Sequence record: MK327931.1
Origin: Escherichia phage vB_EcoM_G17
DNA: 64,000 nt
Strand: one strand, 5' to 3'
Of the stretch, positions 1 through 8,779 are shown piece by piece. The notes beneath the pieces were generated by a model. It did no database searches. It had not been told where the DNA came from and saw nothing but the letters and a program-made list of their open reading frames with translations. Each line of letters opens with the position of its first letter. Position 1 is the first letter of the stretch. Position numbers and translations under genes: made by a program.

Positions 1-152
1 AGGTTACCCGCCCTTTAGCCCCCTACGCATTTTGCCATAGTCCAATCCCTTTTATTTCAAAAAAGTCAAGGGATTACCTATGCATTTTTTTAACGCATAA
101 TTTTAAAAACGCCTTGACTTTTTTCTGAATCAGTACTAGATCCCTTTACGCA

Positions 153-362
153 TTAATCCTTCGTTACGCTAACGATTATCTGTGTATCCCCGTAGTCCTG
201 CCATACTTCCACGCCATCGGTCGCCCTGGTTAGTCGTGCTGTCATCTGCTTAATGGTCTTAGGCTTTAGTGGAACCTGTTGCAGTACTGTACGCATAGCA
301 TCATTGACGTTATCATGTACGCCTGCAATAGTACCTAGAACGCTGTATACTGTATAGAACAT
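153..362 (-). CDS. hypothetical protein (69 aa)
   Basis: Track ORF; ATG at 362 preceded by SD AGGAGGG with 8 nt spacer on minus strand. Confidence 0.55.
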   Translation of the reverse strand: MFYTVYSVLGTIAGVHDNVNDAMRTVLQQVPLKPKTIKQMTARLTRATDGVEVWQDYGDTQIIVSVTKD

Positions 363-430
363 ATGTATGCCCTCCTGATATAGTTAAGGCCGCTACAAGG
401 CGGCCTATGATGTTTGGTGATGTGTAACGC

Positions 431-832
431 TTACAGTCCTAAGATAGTGCGTGCTTCGTTACGTTCCGTACACAGCTGCATGATGTGAGCAAGTAAGTCC
501 TTGCTAATGTATCCGGTGTTCATAGCTTCACGAATAGATACATCATACGCACCGAACCCCGTGCGAACGATACGCACATCATTCAGGTTAGTATTATAGA
601 TACCGCCGAGATCAACGGCTTCGAATACTACATCAACAGAATATTCATTGTTGCCATCGTGGAAGTTTTCCAGTGCAATAGTATTGGATACCGCCCAACG
701 TTTGCAGTTTCCAATGATGCGGCACTGTTCCGGTTGGATAGTACCATTACTTACAGCGTACTCCAGTGCATCTTTACCAAAAGTCCGAGCCAGTACTAAA
801 ACGTCAGCGAAGGAATTGATTGAGAAGGTCAT
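431..832 (-). CDS. hypothetical protein (133 aa)
   Basis: Track ORF 431..865 trimmed to internal ATG at 832, which has AAGGAG SD; upstream consensus promoter plus hairpin. Confidence 0.6.
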   Translation of the reverse strand: MTFSINSFADVLVLARTFGKDALEYAVSNGTIQPEQCRIIGNCKRWAVSNTIALENFHDGNNEYSVDVVFEAVDLGGIYNTNLNDVRIVRTGFGAYDVSIREAMNTGYISKDLLAHIMQLCTERNEARTILGL

Positions 833-921
833 GATAAAACTCCTTAATTTAGGAGGGAGAACCATTTCCCCCTCTCTATGTAAAACATTATACTTGATTC
901 TAAGTACTATGCAAGTACTTT

Positions 922-1254
922 TTACATTTTAATACCTGGATTCAGGTAGCGGTGAGATCCATATTCTGGATCGGTTTCGGTCCAGTACTGTAAATCGATA
1001 GTACCTTTCGCGTTAATCTTGTCTACCAGCTTATTCATCTTAGTGTATACTACGTCAGCATCGATGCGTTTAAAGCCAGTAGCTTTAGTGAAGTAGTAGT
1101 GATTTGCTTCACTATCATTAAGGATATACCGAGCACCGTTTGCAGTCTGTGCGATAATGATTGAGTATTCTACTTCCCGATCCAGACCGTCGATGAATAC
1201 AGATGAAACATTGGTACGGATGAAAGCTTTAACGATAGCGATTGAAGTACTCAT
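922..1254 (-). CDS. hypothetical protein (110 aa)
   Basis: Track ORF; SD AGGAGA 6 nt upstream; TTGACA promoter upstream. Confidence 0.6.
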   Translation of the reverse strand: MSTSIAIVKAFIRTNVSSVFIDGLDREVEYSIIIAQTANGARYILNDSEANHYYFTKATGFKRIDADVVYTKMNKLVDKINAKGTIDLQYWTETDPEYGSHRYLNPGIKM

Positions 1255-1500
1255 TTTGAATCTCCTAACTTTGTGGGCCGTCGCACCATTGCCGCCCTAC
1301 GAGATACATTATTGCAGTACTGATATACTTTGTCAATACTTTTTTTATTAATAGTTTTCACCCCACCAGCAGATAGTTACTCACCGTTATTAACTATATA
1401 TTTTAGATACACTCCTGCACCCAGTGGGCTAGTTTTTGTCTATGCGTATATAATAGCAAAGGGACTGACCGGAGTCAATCCCTTTTTTTATTCTTTTTTG

Positions 1501-1701
1501 TTAGATGATTCTCCAATCTTCTACGATCATGGTAAGATAACGGACCATCGATTCAAGTGATTCGAATTCCCGATAGTCTGCCGCTCCACCAGCGGTACAA
1601 GTACAGCCGATTAAACCATTTTGTAATTCCTTAATCTGTACATCGATAAGGTTGGCTTTAGCTTCTTTCAGTACTTCAACCAGGGCGATAGCGATAGACA
1701 T
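1501..1701 (-). CDS. hypothetical protein (66 aa)
   Basis: Track ORF; GGAG SD; promoter/hairpin module upstream. Confidence 0.55.
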   Translation of the reverse strand: MSIAIALVEVLKEAKANLIDVQIKELQNGLIGCTCTAGGAADYREFESLESMVRYLTMIVEDWRII

Positions 1702-1790
1702 AATGTTTTACTCCAAACTATTGACGGGAGAACTATTCCCCCGCTCTATGTAAAACATTATACATTACTGGTTAGTACTGTCAAATAGTT

Positions 1791-2048
1791 TTATGAAATA
1801 TCTTCGATGTAGTCGGCCCATTTCATTTTTTCAGTACTGTCAATGGCTACCGGATTATTTGGATCAAACCATTCACCATTCCCGCAATACATACCCACGG
1901 CAACGGTTTTATATCCATCCTGTGCAGTACTCCACGACATAGCACGATAGATATGGCCTTTAACTGGTTGCAATACTGGTAATGTTTTATGGTCTTCTAC
2001 GTAGGCCATAGCTTGAGGATTTACCCGATATTGTGTGAACTGTTCCAT
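1791..2048 (-). CDS. hypothetical protein (85 aa)
   Basis: Track ORF in early-gene series. Confidence 0.55.
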   Translation of the reverse strand: MEQFTQYRVNPQAMAYVEDHKTLPVLQPVKGHIYRAMSWSTAQDGYKTVAVGMYCGNGEWFDPNNPVAIDSTEKMKWADYIEDIS

Positions 2049-2124
2049 TATGTTTCCCCTTGTAGTTAGTAAAGTTATTACATCAGTACTATCAAGCTAT
2101 GTCAATAGTACTGAAATAAAACTT

Positions 2125-2349
2125 TTAGATTAGATTATTGATGCCGTTGATGGTAGACTCGCTTTCTTCTTTCTCCCATTGGCGGTAGTACTTCCATGCT
2201 TCATGATATGTGGCGATTAGTTCATCTTTTTGATCCTGAGTACATGCCAGTACTGAATCACGGTGAGCGGTTTTATAGATAGAATCGAATGATTTCTTCT
2301 CTTCTGCCAGGTTAGCTACTTCCCGCATCAGTTCATCAAAGTTAGCCAT
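2125..2349 (-). CDS. hypothetical protein (74 aa)
   Basis: Track ORF; promoter/hairpin module upstream (2350-2440). Confidence 0.55.
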   Translation of the reverse strand: MANFDELMREVANLAEEKKSFDSIYKTAHRDSVLACTQDQKDELIATYHEAWKYYRQWEKEESESTINGINNLI

Positions 2350-2416
2350 TTTATTACTCCTTTTAGTGGGGGAGGATATCTCCCCCTATGCAAAACATTA
2401 TACTTTGTTTTAGTTA

Positions 2417-2680
2417 TTATGCAAGTACTTTTTTCATATAAAGATTATATTCTACACCGCCGTAACCTTCTACGATGATATGTTTTGCGTTATCACGTTT
2501 GCACATAGTGAAACCGTTGTTGATGTGTTCTGCATTTTCCAGGGCGACATCACCGATAGCGGCACATACGGCACTAATAACAGTATTCCGCAAAGTACTG
2601 GTATCATTAGCGGTCATAGTAGTTTGCAGTACTACGTTGTCGTATACGTGTGCATTGATAGTGATTTCGATAGTGTTCAT
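2417..2680 (-). CDS. hypothetical protein (87 aa)
   Basis: Track ORF; SD AGGAGA; promoter TTGCAT-N16-TATAAT upstream. Confidence 0.6.
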   Translation of the reverse strand: MNTIEITINAHVYDNVVLQTTMTANDTSTLRNTVISAVCAAIGDVALENAEHINNGFTMCKRDNAKHIIVEGYGGVEYNLYMKKVLA

Positions 2681-2698
2681 GGTGTATCTCCTGGACTG

Positions 2699-2759
2699 GC
2701 GGGAGAACTATTCCCCCGCTCTATGTAAAACATTATACGTTAATCTAACTACAATGCAA
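2699..2759 (-). promoter_or_regulatory. sigma70-type promoter (-35 TTGCAT at 2754-2759 rc, -10 TATAAT at 2732-2737 rc) plus 5'UTR hairpin (2699-2719)
   Basis: Read directly: rc of atgcaa and attata with 16 nt spacer; imperfect inverted repeat GCGGGAGAA/TTCCCCCGC between -10 and RBS. Confidence 0.6.
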
Positions 2760-2766
2760 GTACTTT

Positions 2767-2958
2767 TTAAATTTTATTTCCGATATAGTCCGGTCTATTC
2801 TTTTCGGTCATACGCTTTGCTAATGTTTGCATATGGCTTATTGCGTTTAATGTGTCTTCCTCCAGGGATGAATCAACATAATCAGGATCATTCTTCACCT
2901 TGCAATGATTATGATAGCGTAGTACTGCCAGTACTTTTTTAACTTCTTCTACTGTCAT
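2767..2958 (-). CDS. hypothetical protein (63 aa)
   Basis: Track ORF; start overlaps stop of next gene (ATGA). Confidence 0.5.
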   Translation of the reverse strand: MTVEEVKKVLAVLRYHNHCKVKNDPDYVDSSLEEDTLNAISHMQTLAKRMTEKNRPDYIGNKI

Positions 2959-3227
2959 AATAAGTACCCCACTTCGTTAGCTTTCAGGTTAGTATCAATC
3001 ATCAGTGGATTTTTGTAGTTCACAAAACGATTAGTTTTCTCGATAGCGAATCCCATATAATCCAGCTTACTAACAGTACATTCATTCTTAAAAACTTCTT
3101 TCGCTGCATCGATGGCTGATTGCATGGATAACCGACCATCTAAATTAATGTTTCCAAATGATCCACCAGCAGAAGTAGGATTACCGTTCATATCTTTAAT
3201 GATCATAGTAGCGGAGTAGCTGGACAT
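2955..3227 (-). CDS. hypothetical protein (90 aa)
   Basis: Track ORF; promoter/hairpin upstream. Confidence 0.55.
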   Translation of the reverse strand: MSSYSATMIIKDMNGNPTSAGGSFGNINLDGRLSMQSAIDAAKEVFKNECTVSKLDYMGFAIEKTNRFVNYKNPLMIDTNLKANEVGYLL

Positions 3228-3314
3228 AATTTTGTTTCCTTTTAGTATCGGGGAGAACTATTCTCCCCTTGATGTAAACTATTATACAGTACTGATATAC
3301 TTTGTCAAATACTT

Positions 3315-3722
3315 TTATTCGCCCATATAGATTAAGTTATCATCGCCTACATAGGGATCGCAAACGTTGATTTCTTCGCAGTACTTCGTGAATACATCGC
3401 CATAGTGACCTAAACCACGATCCCAAAAACCAGTTCCGTGACCTTCGCGGGTAAGGAACAGATCATGACCAGCTTGCTCATAACCGTAATCAATAAACAT
3501 ACCGCGAACTACTTCCAGATCATTACCGTGTTTCTCAATGAAGCGAGAACATGCAATCACCGCCGCTTGACGTGCTTCATCAGATAACTCATAATCTTCC
3601 AGGTAATCGCCGTTATCATTATGTACAGTACTGAATTGCATAGCTTCAATGTAAGCTACAACCATTGCAGCATGATTTTTATCGTTAGTGATGTTCCGAG
3701 CGAGATTAGTAGTAGTAGACAT
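3315..3722 (-). CDS. hypothetical protein (135 aa)
   Basis: Track ORF; promoter/hairpin upstream. Confidence 0.6.
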   Translation of the reverse strand: MSTTTNLARNITNDKNHAAMVVAYIEAMQFSTVHNDNGDYLEDYELSDEARQAAVIACSRFIEKHGNDLEVVRGMFIDYGYEQAGHDLFLTREGHGTGFWDRGLGHYGDVFTKYCEEINVCDPYVGDDNLIYMGE

Positions 3723-3805
3723 GATTTTATTCCTTATTGTATTGGGGAGAACTATTCTCCCCTTGATGTAAACTATTATACAGTACTGATATACTTTGTC
3801 AATAC

Positions 3806-4027
3806 TTAATTACGTTTAAAATGATATGTGCCTTTATCATCCTGTACGCCCCACACTGATTTACCATCAACACCAGTGAAACCGGATTGTAATTCAATAT
3901 GGAAACCATTATTATCAACTACAAAAACTTTTTTATTTTCATCCCGATAACATTGATATTCTGAATCAACATTAAAGGCCGCATCATTCAGAAGATTGGA
4001 AGCGTAAATGCAAGTCATTGTAGTCAT
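3806..4027 (-). CDS. hypothetical protein (73 aa)
   Basis: Track ORF 3806..4102 trimmed to ATG at 4027 (MTTMTC) with AAGGA SD; the longer form would start inside the hairpin/promoter. Confidence 0.55.
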   Translation of the reverse strand: MTTMTCIYASNLLNDAAFNVDSEYQCYRDENKKVFVVDNNGFHIELQSGFTGVDGKSVWGVQDDKGTYHFKRN

Positions 4028-4248
4028 GATTTTATTCCTTATTACCAGGGAGAACCATTTCCCCCTCTCTATGTAAAACATTATACTTGATTCTAAGTAC
4101 AATGCAAGTACTTTTTATCAAATAGTTTTCAGTACTGAATACTTATATAATAGATACACTTCCGCACCCTATGGGTCAGTGAGTTATCTCTCAATGAATA
4201 TATAATAGCAAAGGGACTGACCGGAGTCAATCCCTTTTTTAATCTTTT

Positions 4249-4833
4249 TTATCGTGTTACCTTACTTGCTTCTACATCACGCTTTTTATAGTACTGATTC
4301 CAGATATTGCGGGTTAAACCGTAATCAAGTACTTTAATAAGGCCATTACGATCCTGGCCGATATTCTGTTTTCTGATATCTCTTATCGTTAGTGTTGATA
4401 ATGTATCATCAACGTGTTGTAGTGCATCAGCAAAGCGGTGCTGGCGTTCAATGGCATTACGTTTAATATTGTACTTTAATTCATTGCACGCGTTTACGTG
4501 CTTTACACTGCCTTTACTTGCAGTACTCAACCGATCCATAACGATAAACATATTATCAGGATCGCATAAATGCATATGCACCTTTGCAAAGTACTGTTTC
4601 AATTGAGGGCGGTCATAATCTAAAAAATTCCATACCTTACATTCAGTTTCATTTTGTTCTACACCCGCATCACAATTCGCGACCTTGATCACTAACCGAT
4701 CATTTAAAGCGAATACAATACGGGAAGAACCCGCACCGATGATCTCCAGACCAGCTAACCGACAAGCTGAAAGGATCTCTTTGTTGGTTTCCATTTCTGA
4801 CAGGGTACGGATGAATTTAGTATAATTACGCAT
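4249..4833 (-). CDS. minimal protein-kinase-like protein (about 194 aa)
   Basis: Motifs in translation: glycine loop IGAGSSRIVF, VIKVA lysine, catalytic-loop-like RDIRKQNIG, DFG-like IKVLDYG; start trimmed to ATG 4833 with AAGGAGA SD. Confidence 0.55.
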   Translation of the reverse strand: MRNYTKFIRTLSEMETNKEILSACRLAGLEIIGAGSSRIVFALNDRLVIKVANCDAGVEQNETECKVWNFLDYDRPQLKQYFAKVHMHLCDPDNMFIVMDRLSTASKGSVKHVNACNELKYNIKRNAIERQHRFADALQHVDDTLSTLTIRDIRKQNIGQDRNGLIKVLDYGLTRNIWNQYYKKRDVEASKVTR

Positions 4834-4864
4834 TGCATGTTCTCCTTGAGTTAATGAAACTATC

Positions 4865-5107
4865 TTACAGTACTTTACTATCAATGGCAACTACTTTTTT
4901 AACATTAACGGCGTGGATCACCTCCTTAGTGTTTTTAGTACTGAATACTTTCGCCGCCCCATTCACGACCGTGATACGATAGCGACCATTAACATCAACC
5001 ATATTAATAAAGTCCGGCGTGCTGAATGGTGTTGTTTTACATTTGAGTACTGTTAACAATTCCACCAGCGATGTAGTTTCTTTGATACGTTTTTCTAAAG
5101 TAATCAT
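4865..5107 (-). CDS. hypothetical protein (80 aa)
   Basis: Track ORF; GGGGA SD; upstream region nearly identical to that of 5166..5384. Confidence 0.55.
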   Translation of the reverse strand: MITLEKRIKETTSLVELLTVLKCKTTPFSTPDFINMVDVNGRYRITVVNGAAKVFSTKNTKEVIHAVNVKKVVAIDSKVL

Positions 5108-5165
5108 TTTGTTTTTCCCCGTGTTGGTATGTACATATAGTACTAAAACATTTGAGTACTGTCAA

Positions 5166-5384
5166 TTAGATAATATTATATTTCTTAAAATAAAATGCGT
5201 CCTGTGTTGGTTGATACTCAATGCCATTGCCGTTATTGACTTCAACTAATAAACCTTTGTCAATAAGTTTTTTAATAGTACGATACCCTTGTTGAAAATT
5301 GGTAAAATGTGAATCATTACGAAAGGTATAACCGTGCTTAACTGCTTCATCAATAGTTTTCTTTTCGATTTTAGATAATTTCAT
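5166..5384 (-). CDS. hypothetical protein (72 aa)
   Basis: Track ORF 5166..5441 trimmed to ATG 5384 (MKLSKIEKK) with GGGAGA SD. Confidence 0.5.
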   Translation of the reverse strand: MKLSKIEKKTIDEAVKHGYTFRNDSHFTNFQQGYRTIKKLIDKGLLVEVNNGNGIEYQPTQDAFYFKKYNII

Positions 5385-5437
5385 TTTGTTTCTCCCGTGT
5401 TGGTATATGTACATAGTACTAAAACATTTGAGTACTG

Positions 5438-5692
5438 TCAACGTGATATTAGTTTTATTTTCTTATTATATTGTTGGTGTTCATATAGGTTTATCTTTCC
5501 TGTGTTCTCAATTACTATTCTGTTGTTAGTGTCCACATCGATTACACGCAGTTTCCCGTTGCTTAACTTCCTTGGTAATAGGTTACCATTAATAAACTCA
5601 TTAGCAAGCTGTACGGCCTTTGTGATGATTCTCTTCGGTGCTTTATAGTGTACCCGTAAGATGTTATCTTTATATAGTTGAACCTTAATCAT
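5438..5692 (-). CDS. hypothetical protein (84 aa)
   Basis: Track ORF; hairpin GGCGGGA-N5-TCCCGCC plus T-run just upstream. Confidence 0.5.
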   Translation of the reverse strand: MIKVQLYKDNILRVHYKAPKRIITKAVQLANEFINGNLLPRKLSNGKLRVIDVDTNNRIVIENTGKINLYEHQQYNKKIKLISR

Positions 5693-5753
5693 TTTGTTTG
5701 TCCTATAAAAAAGGCGGGAACTGATCCCGCCGTGTTGTTAGTACTGCAAGTTA

Positions 5754-6149
5754 TTAGATAACCTGGCGGCGTTTACTGAATACTGTTACACGATTACCCT
5801 TACGGTCGTGTCGGATCTCTTTCTGGTTGCGAATCAGTTCACTTGGACGCTTAAGGTTTGCCAGGTGATCCGCGTGAGTCCATGCGGTGTGGTTTACCTG
5901 TACTTTGATATCAGAATCAGCGATAAACTCATCTTGTGCGTCAAGTATTGCCGCCAGCATATCCGCTCGTTTTAGTTCTGCTGCTGTCAGTACTGGCTCA
6001 GGTGAATTCACAATATCAGAGATTTCTTTGAACTGTACGGCCCAGCGTTGACCTTTCGGTGCATCTTTGCCCATGTCTTTAAATGCTGCTCCTTCCTCGC
6101 GTGCAACAATACGGGCAGCTTCACGGGTAGCGTAGAATTTAGTAATCAT
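5754..6149 (-). CDS. hypothetical protein, paralog of 17936..18202
   Basis: Shared N-terminal FATRE(A/Q)ARI and C-terminal DRKGNRVTV motifs with 17936..18202; start trimmed to MITKFY (AGGA SD). Confidence 0.6.
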   Translation of the reverse strand: MITKFYATREAARIVAREEGAAFKDMGKDAPKGQRWAVQFKEISDIVNSPEPVLTAAELKRADMLAAILDAQDEFIADSDIKVQVNHTAWTHADHLANLKRPSELIRNQKEIRHDRKGNRVTVFSKRRQVI

Positions 6150-6244
6150 GGTATACATCCTATTAGTTGAGATAGTACTACAAGTTAGAGTCTATTATAA
6201 AGTACTATCTGGGCAATGTCAAATAGTACTTTAAATGGATTCTA

Positions 6245-6568
6245 TTACATGTCTTTCTTACGTTTTACATCGTAGTATCGAACTGTAATTTCTTTGTTGA
6301 TCTCTTCCTCGATGCGGTGAATAACTTTTTCTTTCGGGTTGAAACCTATAACGGTTTCTTTAATGATCTCCAAGCCCGTGTATTCGCCTTGTGTACCGTA
6401 ACCGTATGTAAAGGTTTCGTGTCCCAGGTCTTCCCAGCGGTCGCCAATTAACGCTGACACGTAGCAAGAGTGGTAAGTATTGCCGTTCCGATCAGTCCAG
6501 CGATTAACTTTAATGTCAAAGGAGGTTACAATTTTCAGTTCTACTTTCTGGGTAAGGATCATAGCCAT
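6245..6568 (-). CDS. hypothetical protein, paralog of 12363..12686
   Basis: Both share RWTD..GNTYHSC.VS and FTYGY motifs and end VKRKKD(M/L). Confidence 0.6.
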   Translation of the reverse strand: MAMILTQKVELKIVTSFDIKVNRWTDRNGNTYHSCYVSALIGDRWEDLGHETFTYGYGTQGEYTGLEIIKETVIGFNPKEKVIHRIEEEINKEITVRYYDVKRKKDM

Positions 6569-6591
6569 TTTTATTTCTCTCTCTTTGTTAG

Positions 6592-6652
6592 GAGGGGAAC
6601 CATTCCCCTCGCTTGATGTAAACTATTATACAGTACTAAGATACTTTGTCAA
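6592..6652 (-). promoter_or_regulatory. consensus sigma70 promoter (TTGACA 6647-6652 rc, TATAAT 6625-6630 rc, 16 nt spacer) plus 5'UTR hairpin GAGGGGAA/TTCCCCTC (6592-6610)
   Basis: Read directly; representative of about 35 similar modules on the minus strand. Confidence 0.65.
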
Positions 6653-6655
6653 TAC

Positions 6656-6838
6656 TTATTTTTTGGAAAGTTTACGCATTAATTCTACGCTTTCTTGTGA
6701 ACGTTTTGCTACCTGGCAAGCTGTATGGGCAGTAAACATTTTTGTATAGTCTGACGCTTTGCCACCAAACCGAGCGGCACGTTCACGGGCACTTGGAACT
6801 AATACTATTTCTTTCTTGCAGATAGTGCACTTAGCCAT
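6656..6838 (-). CDS. hypothetical small protein (60 aa)
   Basis: Track ORF 6656..6883 trimmed to ATG 6838 (MAKCTICKK); the longer form would read through the upstream hairpin. Confidence 0.5.
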   Translation of the reverse strand: MAKCTICKKEIVLVPSARERAARFGGKASDYTKMFTAHTACQVAKRSQESVELMRKLSKK

Positions 6839-6926
6839 TTTTATTTCTCTCTCTTTGTTAGGAGGGGAACCGTTTCCCCTCACTTGATGTAAACTATTAT
6901 ACAGTACTAAGATACTTTATCAATAC

Positions 6927-7202
6927 TTAAGTATTGTAAATGTCGTGAATAGTGATAAAGTTTTTACGACCGTAAACCTGCAAATCAATATCAATGTAGT
7001 GCTTATCTAGTACATCCTCGACGCTTAACGCGGTGTCGTGGATATCTTCGTAGAATTGAGGATCTACAATCTTGCTTAAGTCATCCGGCGTTAACTTATC
7101 GTTAAGCCATTGAACCGCCTGGATATCTGCTTCACGTTTCCAGTCTTCCAGGTTAGTAGTCAGTACTTGTTCGATTTCGTTAGCTGTCAGTAGAATCCGC
7201 AT
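6927..7202 (-). CDS. hypothetical protein (91 aa)
   Basis: Track ORF. Confidence 0.55.
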   Translation of the reverse strand: MRILLTANEIEQVLTTNLEDWKREADIQAVQWLNDKLTPDDLSKIVDPQFYEDIHDTALSVEDVLDKHYIDIDLQVYGRKNFITIHDIYNT

Positions 7203-7517
7203 TTTTATGTTTCCTTATCAGTGGTTGATGTAAGTATTATACTCGTTTACTTTCTATTGTCAAACTATTTTATCAGGGGAGTTTTTCGTATGTCTTACTC
7301 CTGGACTACTTAACAGGGTTACTTATTTCGTTCCCCGTCCTGATGTAAAACATTATACTTGATTCTAAGTACAATGCAAGTACTTTTTTAAAAATAGTTT
7401 TCAGTACTAGCCACCAGCAAACAATAGATACATTTATGCACCCTGTGGGCTGATTTGTTTCTATGCGTATATAATAGCAAAGGGACTGACCGGAGTCAAT
7501 CCCTTTTTCAAATATTT

Positions 7518-7667
7518 TTAAACTTCTTTCGGGTTGCGATAGGTGATAGCGTTCGGGTACATTTGTTTAATGTTATTCCATGCCTGGTTAACATTATAAC
7601 CACTTGAGCGAATCAGTTGGTTACTACCGACACCTTGAAACACTACTTCGAATAAGAATTCTTTCAT
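7518..7667 (-). CDS. hypothetical small protein (49 aa)
   Basis: Hand-translated ORF below track cutoff (MKEFLFEVVFQGV...); start overlaps stop of upstream gene (ATGA). Confidence 0.35.
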   Translation of the reverse strand: MKEFLFEVVFQGVGSNQLIRSSGYNVNQAWNNIKQMYPNAITYRNPKEV

Positions 7668-7837
7668 GCTTTCACCTCGCTATCTGCTTTACCTTTACGC
7701 CAGGACATTACTAATTGTTCGCGTTGCCATAAGTCGAGTGATACAAAAAGTTTTGCGGTATCACTTTTAGGATACTCGCCAGTAGTACCTAACCGATAAA
7801 ACAGATCTTTCAGTACTGATAATTCTACTTGAATCAT
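7664..7837 (-). CDS. hypothetical small protein (57 aa)
   Basis: Hand-translated ORF (MIQVELSVLKDLFYRLG...); ATGA overlaps on both sides. Confidence 0.35.
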   Translation of the reverse strand: MIQVELSVLKDLFYRLGTTGEYPKSDTAKLFVSLDLWQREQLVMSWRKGKADSEVKA

Positions 7838-7926
7838 TTTATTACTCCTGATTGCGTTAATACTTCTACTATTGCATGAATGATCATAAGTACAGCTAAC
7901 ACAATAATCATCGGATTCATTTGCAT
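7834..7926 (-). CDS. hypothetical hydrophobic peptide (30 aa)
   Basis: Hand-translated (MQMNPMIIVLAVLMIIHAIVEV...); AAGGAG SD 8 nt upstream. Confidence 0.3.
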   Translation of the reverse strand: MQMNPMIIVLAVLMIIHAIVEVLTQSGVIK

Positions 7927-7943
7927 AAGCTGTACTCCTTATA

Positions 7944-8156
7944 TTAATCTTTCAGCCAATGATCTTGAATGAATTTTTCACCGTATCCCTGTTTCATGGA
8001 TTCTAACAGGCGTTCGCGGTGAGCGGCGGCATATTGCTCAGTACTATGCGTTACGCCAGGCTGATAACGTGATACCCCATCCGGTCCGATGTATTGTACA
8101 TCCCACGGTTTTTCGTTAGTATCAGACCATTTACGAACGATTAGTTGACCTTGCAT
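7944..8156 (-). CDS. hypothetical protein (70 aa)
   Basis: Track ORF; promoter/hairpin upstream. Confidence 0.55.
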   Translation of the reverse strand: MQGQLIVRKWSDTNEKPWDVQYIGPDGVSRYQPGVTHSTEQYAAAHRERLLESMKQGYGEKFIQDHWLKD

Positions 8157-8239
8157 TTTTCTTTCCTCTCAGTGGGGAGAATCATTTCTCCCCTTCATGT
8201 AACTTATTATACAGTACTAGATTATCTTGTCAATAGTTT

Positions 8240-8563
8240 TTATTCACCTTGTTTGAATTTAGTTTTCTCCATTGATTCCATGATTGCAACCAATACGCTG
8301 TGGATCTCGCTTAACGCGGAATCACTGAAAGCATTAATGAATAGTCGATCATTCTCGCGAATATTTTTAATGTACTTTTCAGCAGTAGTTGCGAATTCAT
8401 TCAACGGTAGATCAAATGCTTTATCCCATGATGGATGGCGTAATTGTAACAGTACTGGATTATCACGATCACCAGGGGAAAACGTACCAGTGATGAAACA
8501 TACGCCCGGAATACTTTCGAACTGGCAACGGACTTCCTTTGTGATAGTAGTATGAATGTACAT
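8240..8563 (-). CDS. hypothetical protein (107 aa)
   Basis: Track ORF. Confidence 0.55.
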   Translation of the reverse strand: MYIHTTITKEVRCQFESIPGVCFITGTFSPGDRDNPVLLQLRHPSWDKAFDLPLNEFATTAEKYIKNIRENDRLFINAFSDSALSEIHSVLVAIMESMEKTKFKQGE

Positions 8564-8590
8564 TTATTGTTATCCTCTATTAAATTAATA

Positions 8591-8779
8591 TTACAGTTTA
8601 TGAATCAATTCTTTATCTAAGCGATAGCGTACATTATTAATAGTAACGGCATTGTTTTTAATGCTACGCTGTACAGGTCCACCAGCAATAACAAATGTTG
8701 CTTTATTACCCCGAACAATGATAGCACTTCCAGGATTACCGAAATCATCTTGTACTAAAATACTTGATAAGTTTTCCAT
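8591..8779 (-). CDS. hypothetical protein (62 aa)
   Basis: Track ORF 8591..8785; second ATG (MENLS) has better SD spacing. Confidence 0.5.
   Translation of the reverse strand: MENLSSILVQDDFGNPGSAIIVRGNKATFVIAGGPVQRSIKNNAVTINNVRYRLDKELIHKL

Noticed and set aside
1-152. Repeated TACGCATT and ACGCAT(T/A) motifs at the left edge (also near 9340, 13570, 19186)
   Set aside because: Only 3-4 short copies with variable spacing; noted as a possible binding-site family but too weak to annotate without statistics.
648-932. Plus-strand track ORFs in the early region (648..932, 1157..1351, 1330..1560, 2475..2942, 2480..2728, 3621..3809, 5019..5249, 5397..5648, 6480..6749, 8145..8555, 9020..9220, 10982..11248, 11127..11315, 13072..13254, 13737..14003, 15392..15607, 17982..18233, 18548..18835)
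   Set aside because: They overlap better-supported minus-strand genes or run through the repeated promoter/hairpin modules, and lack Shine-Dalgarno sequences and promoters in their own orientation.
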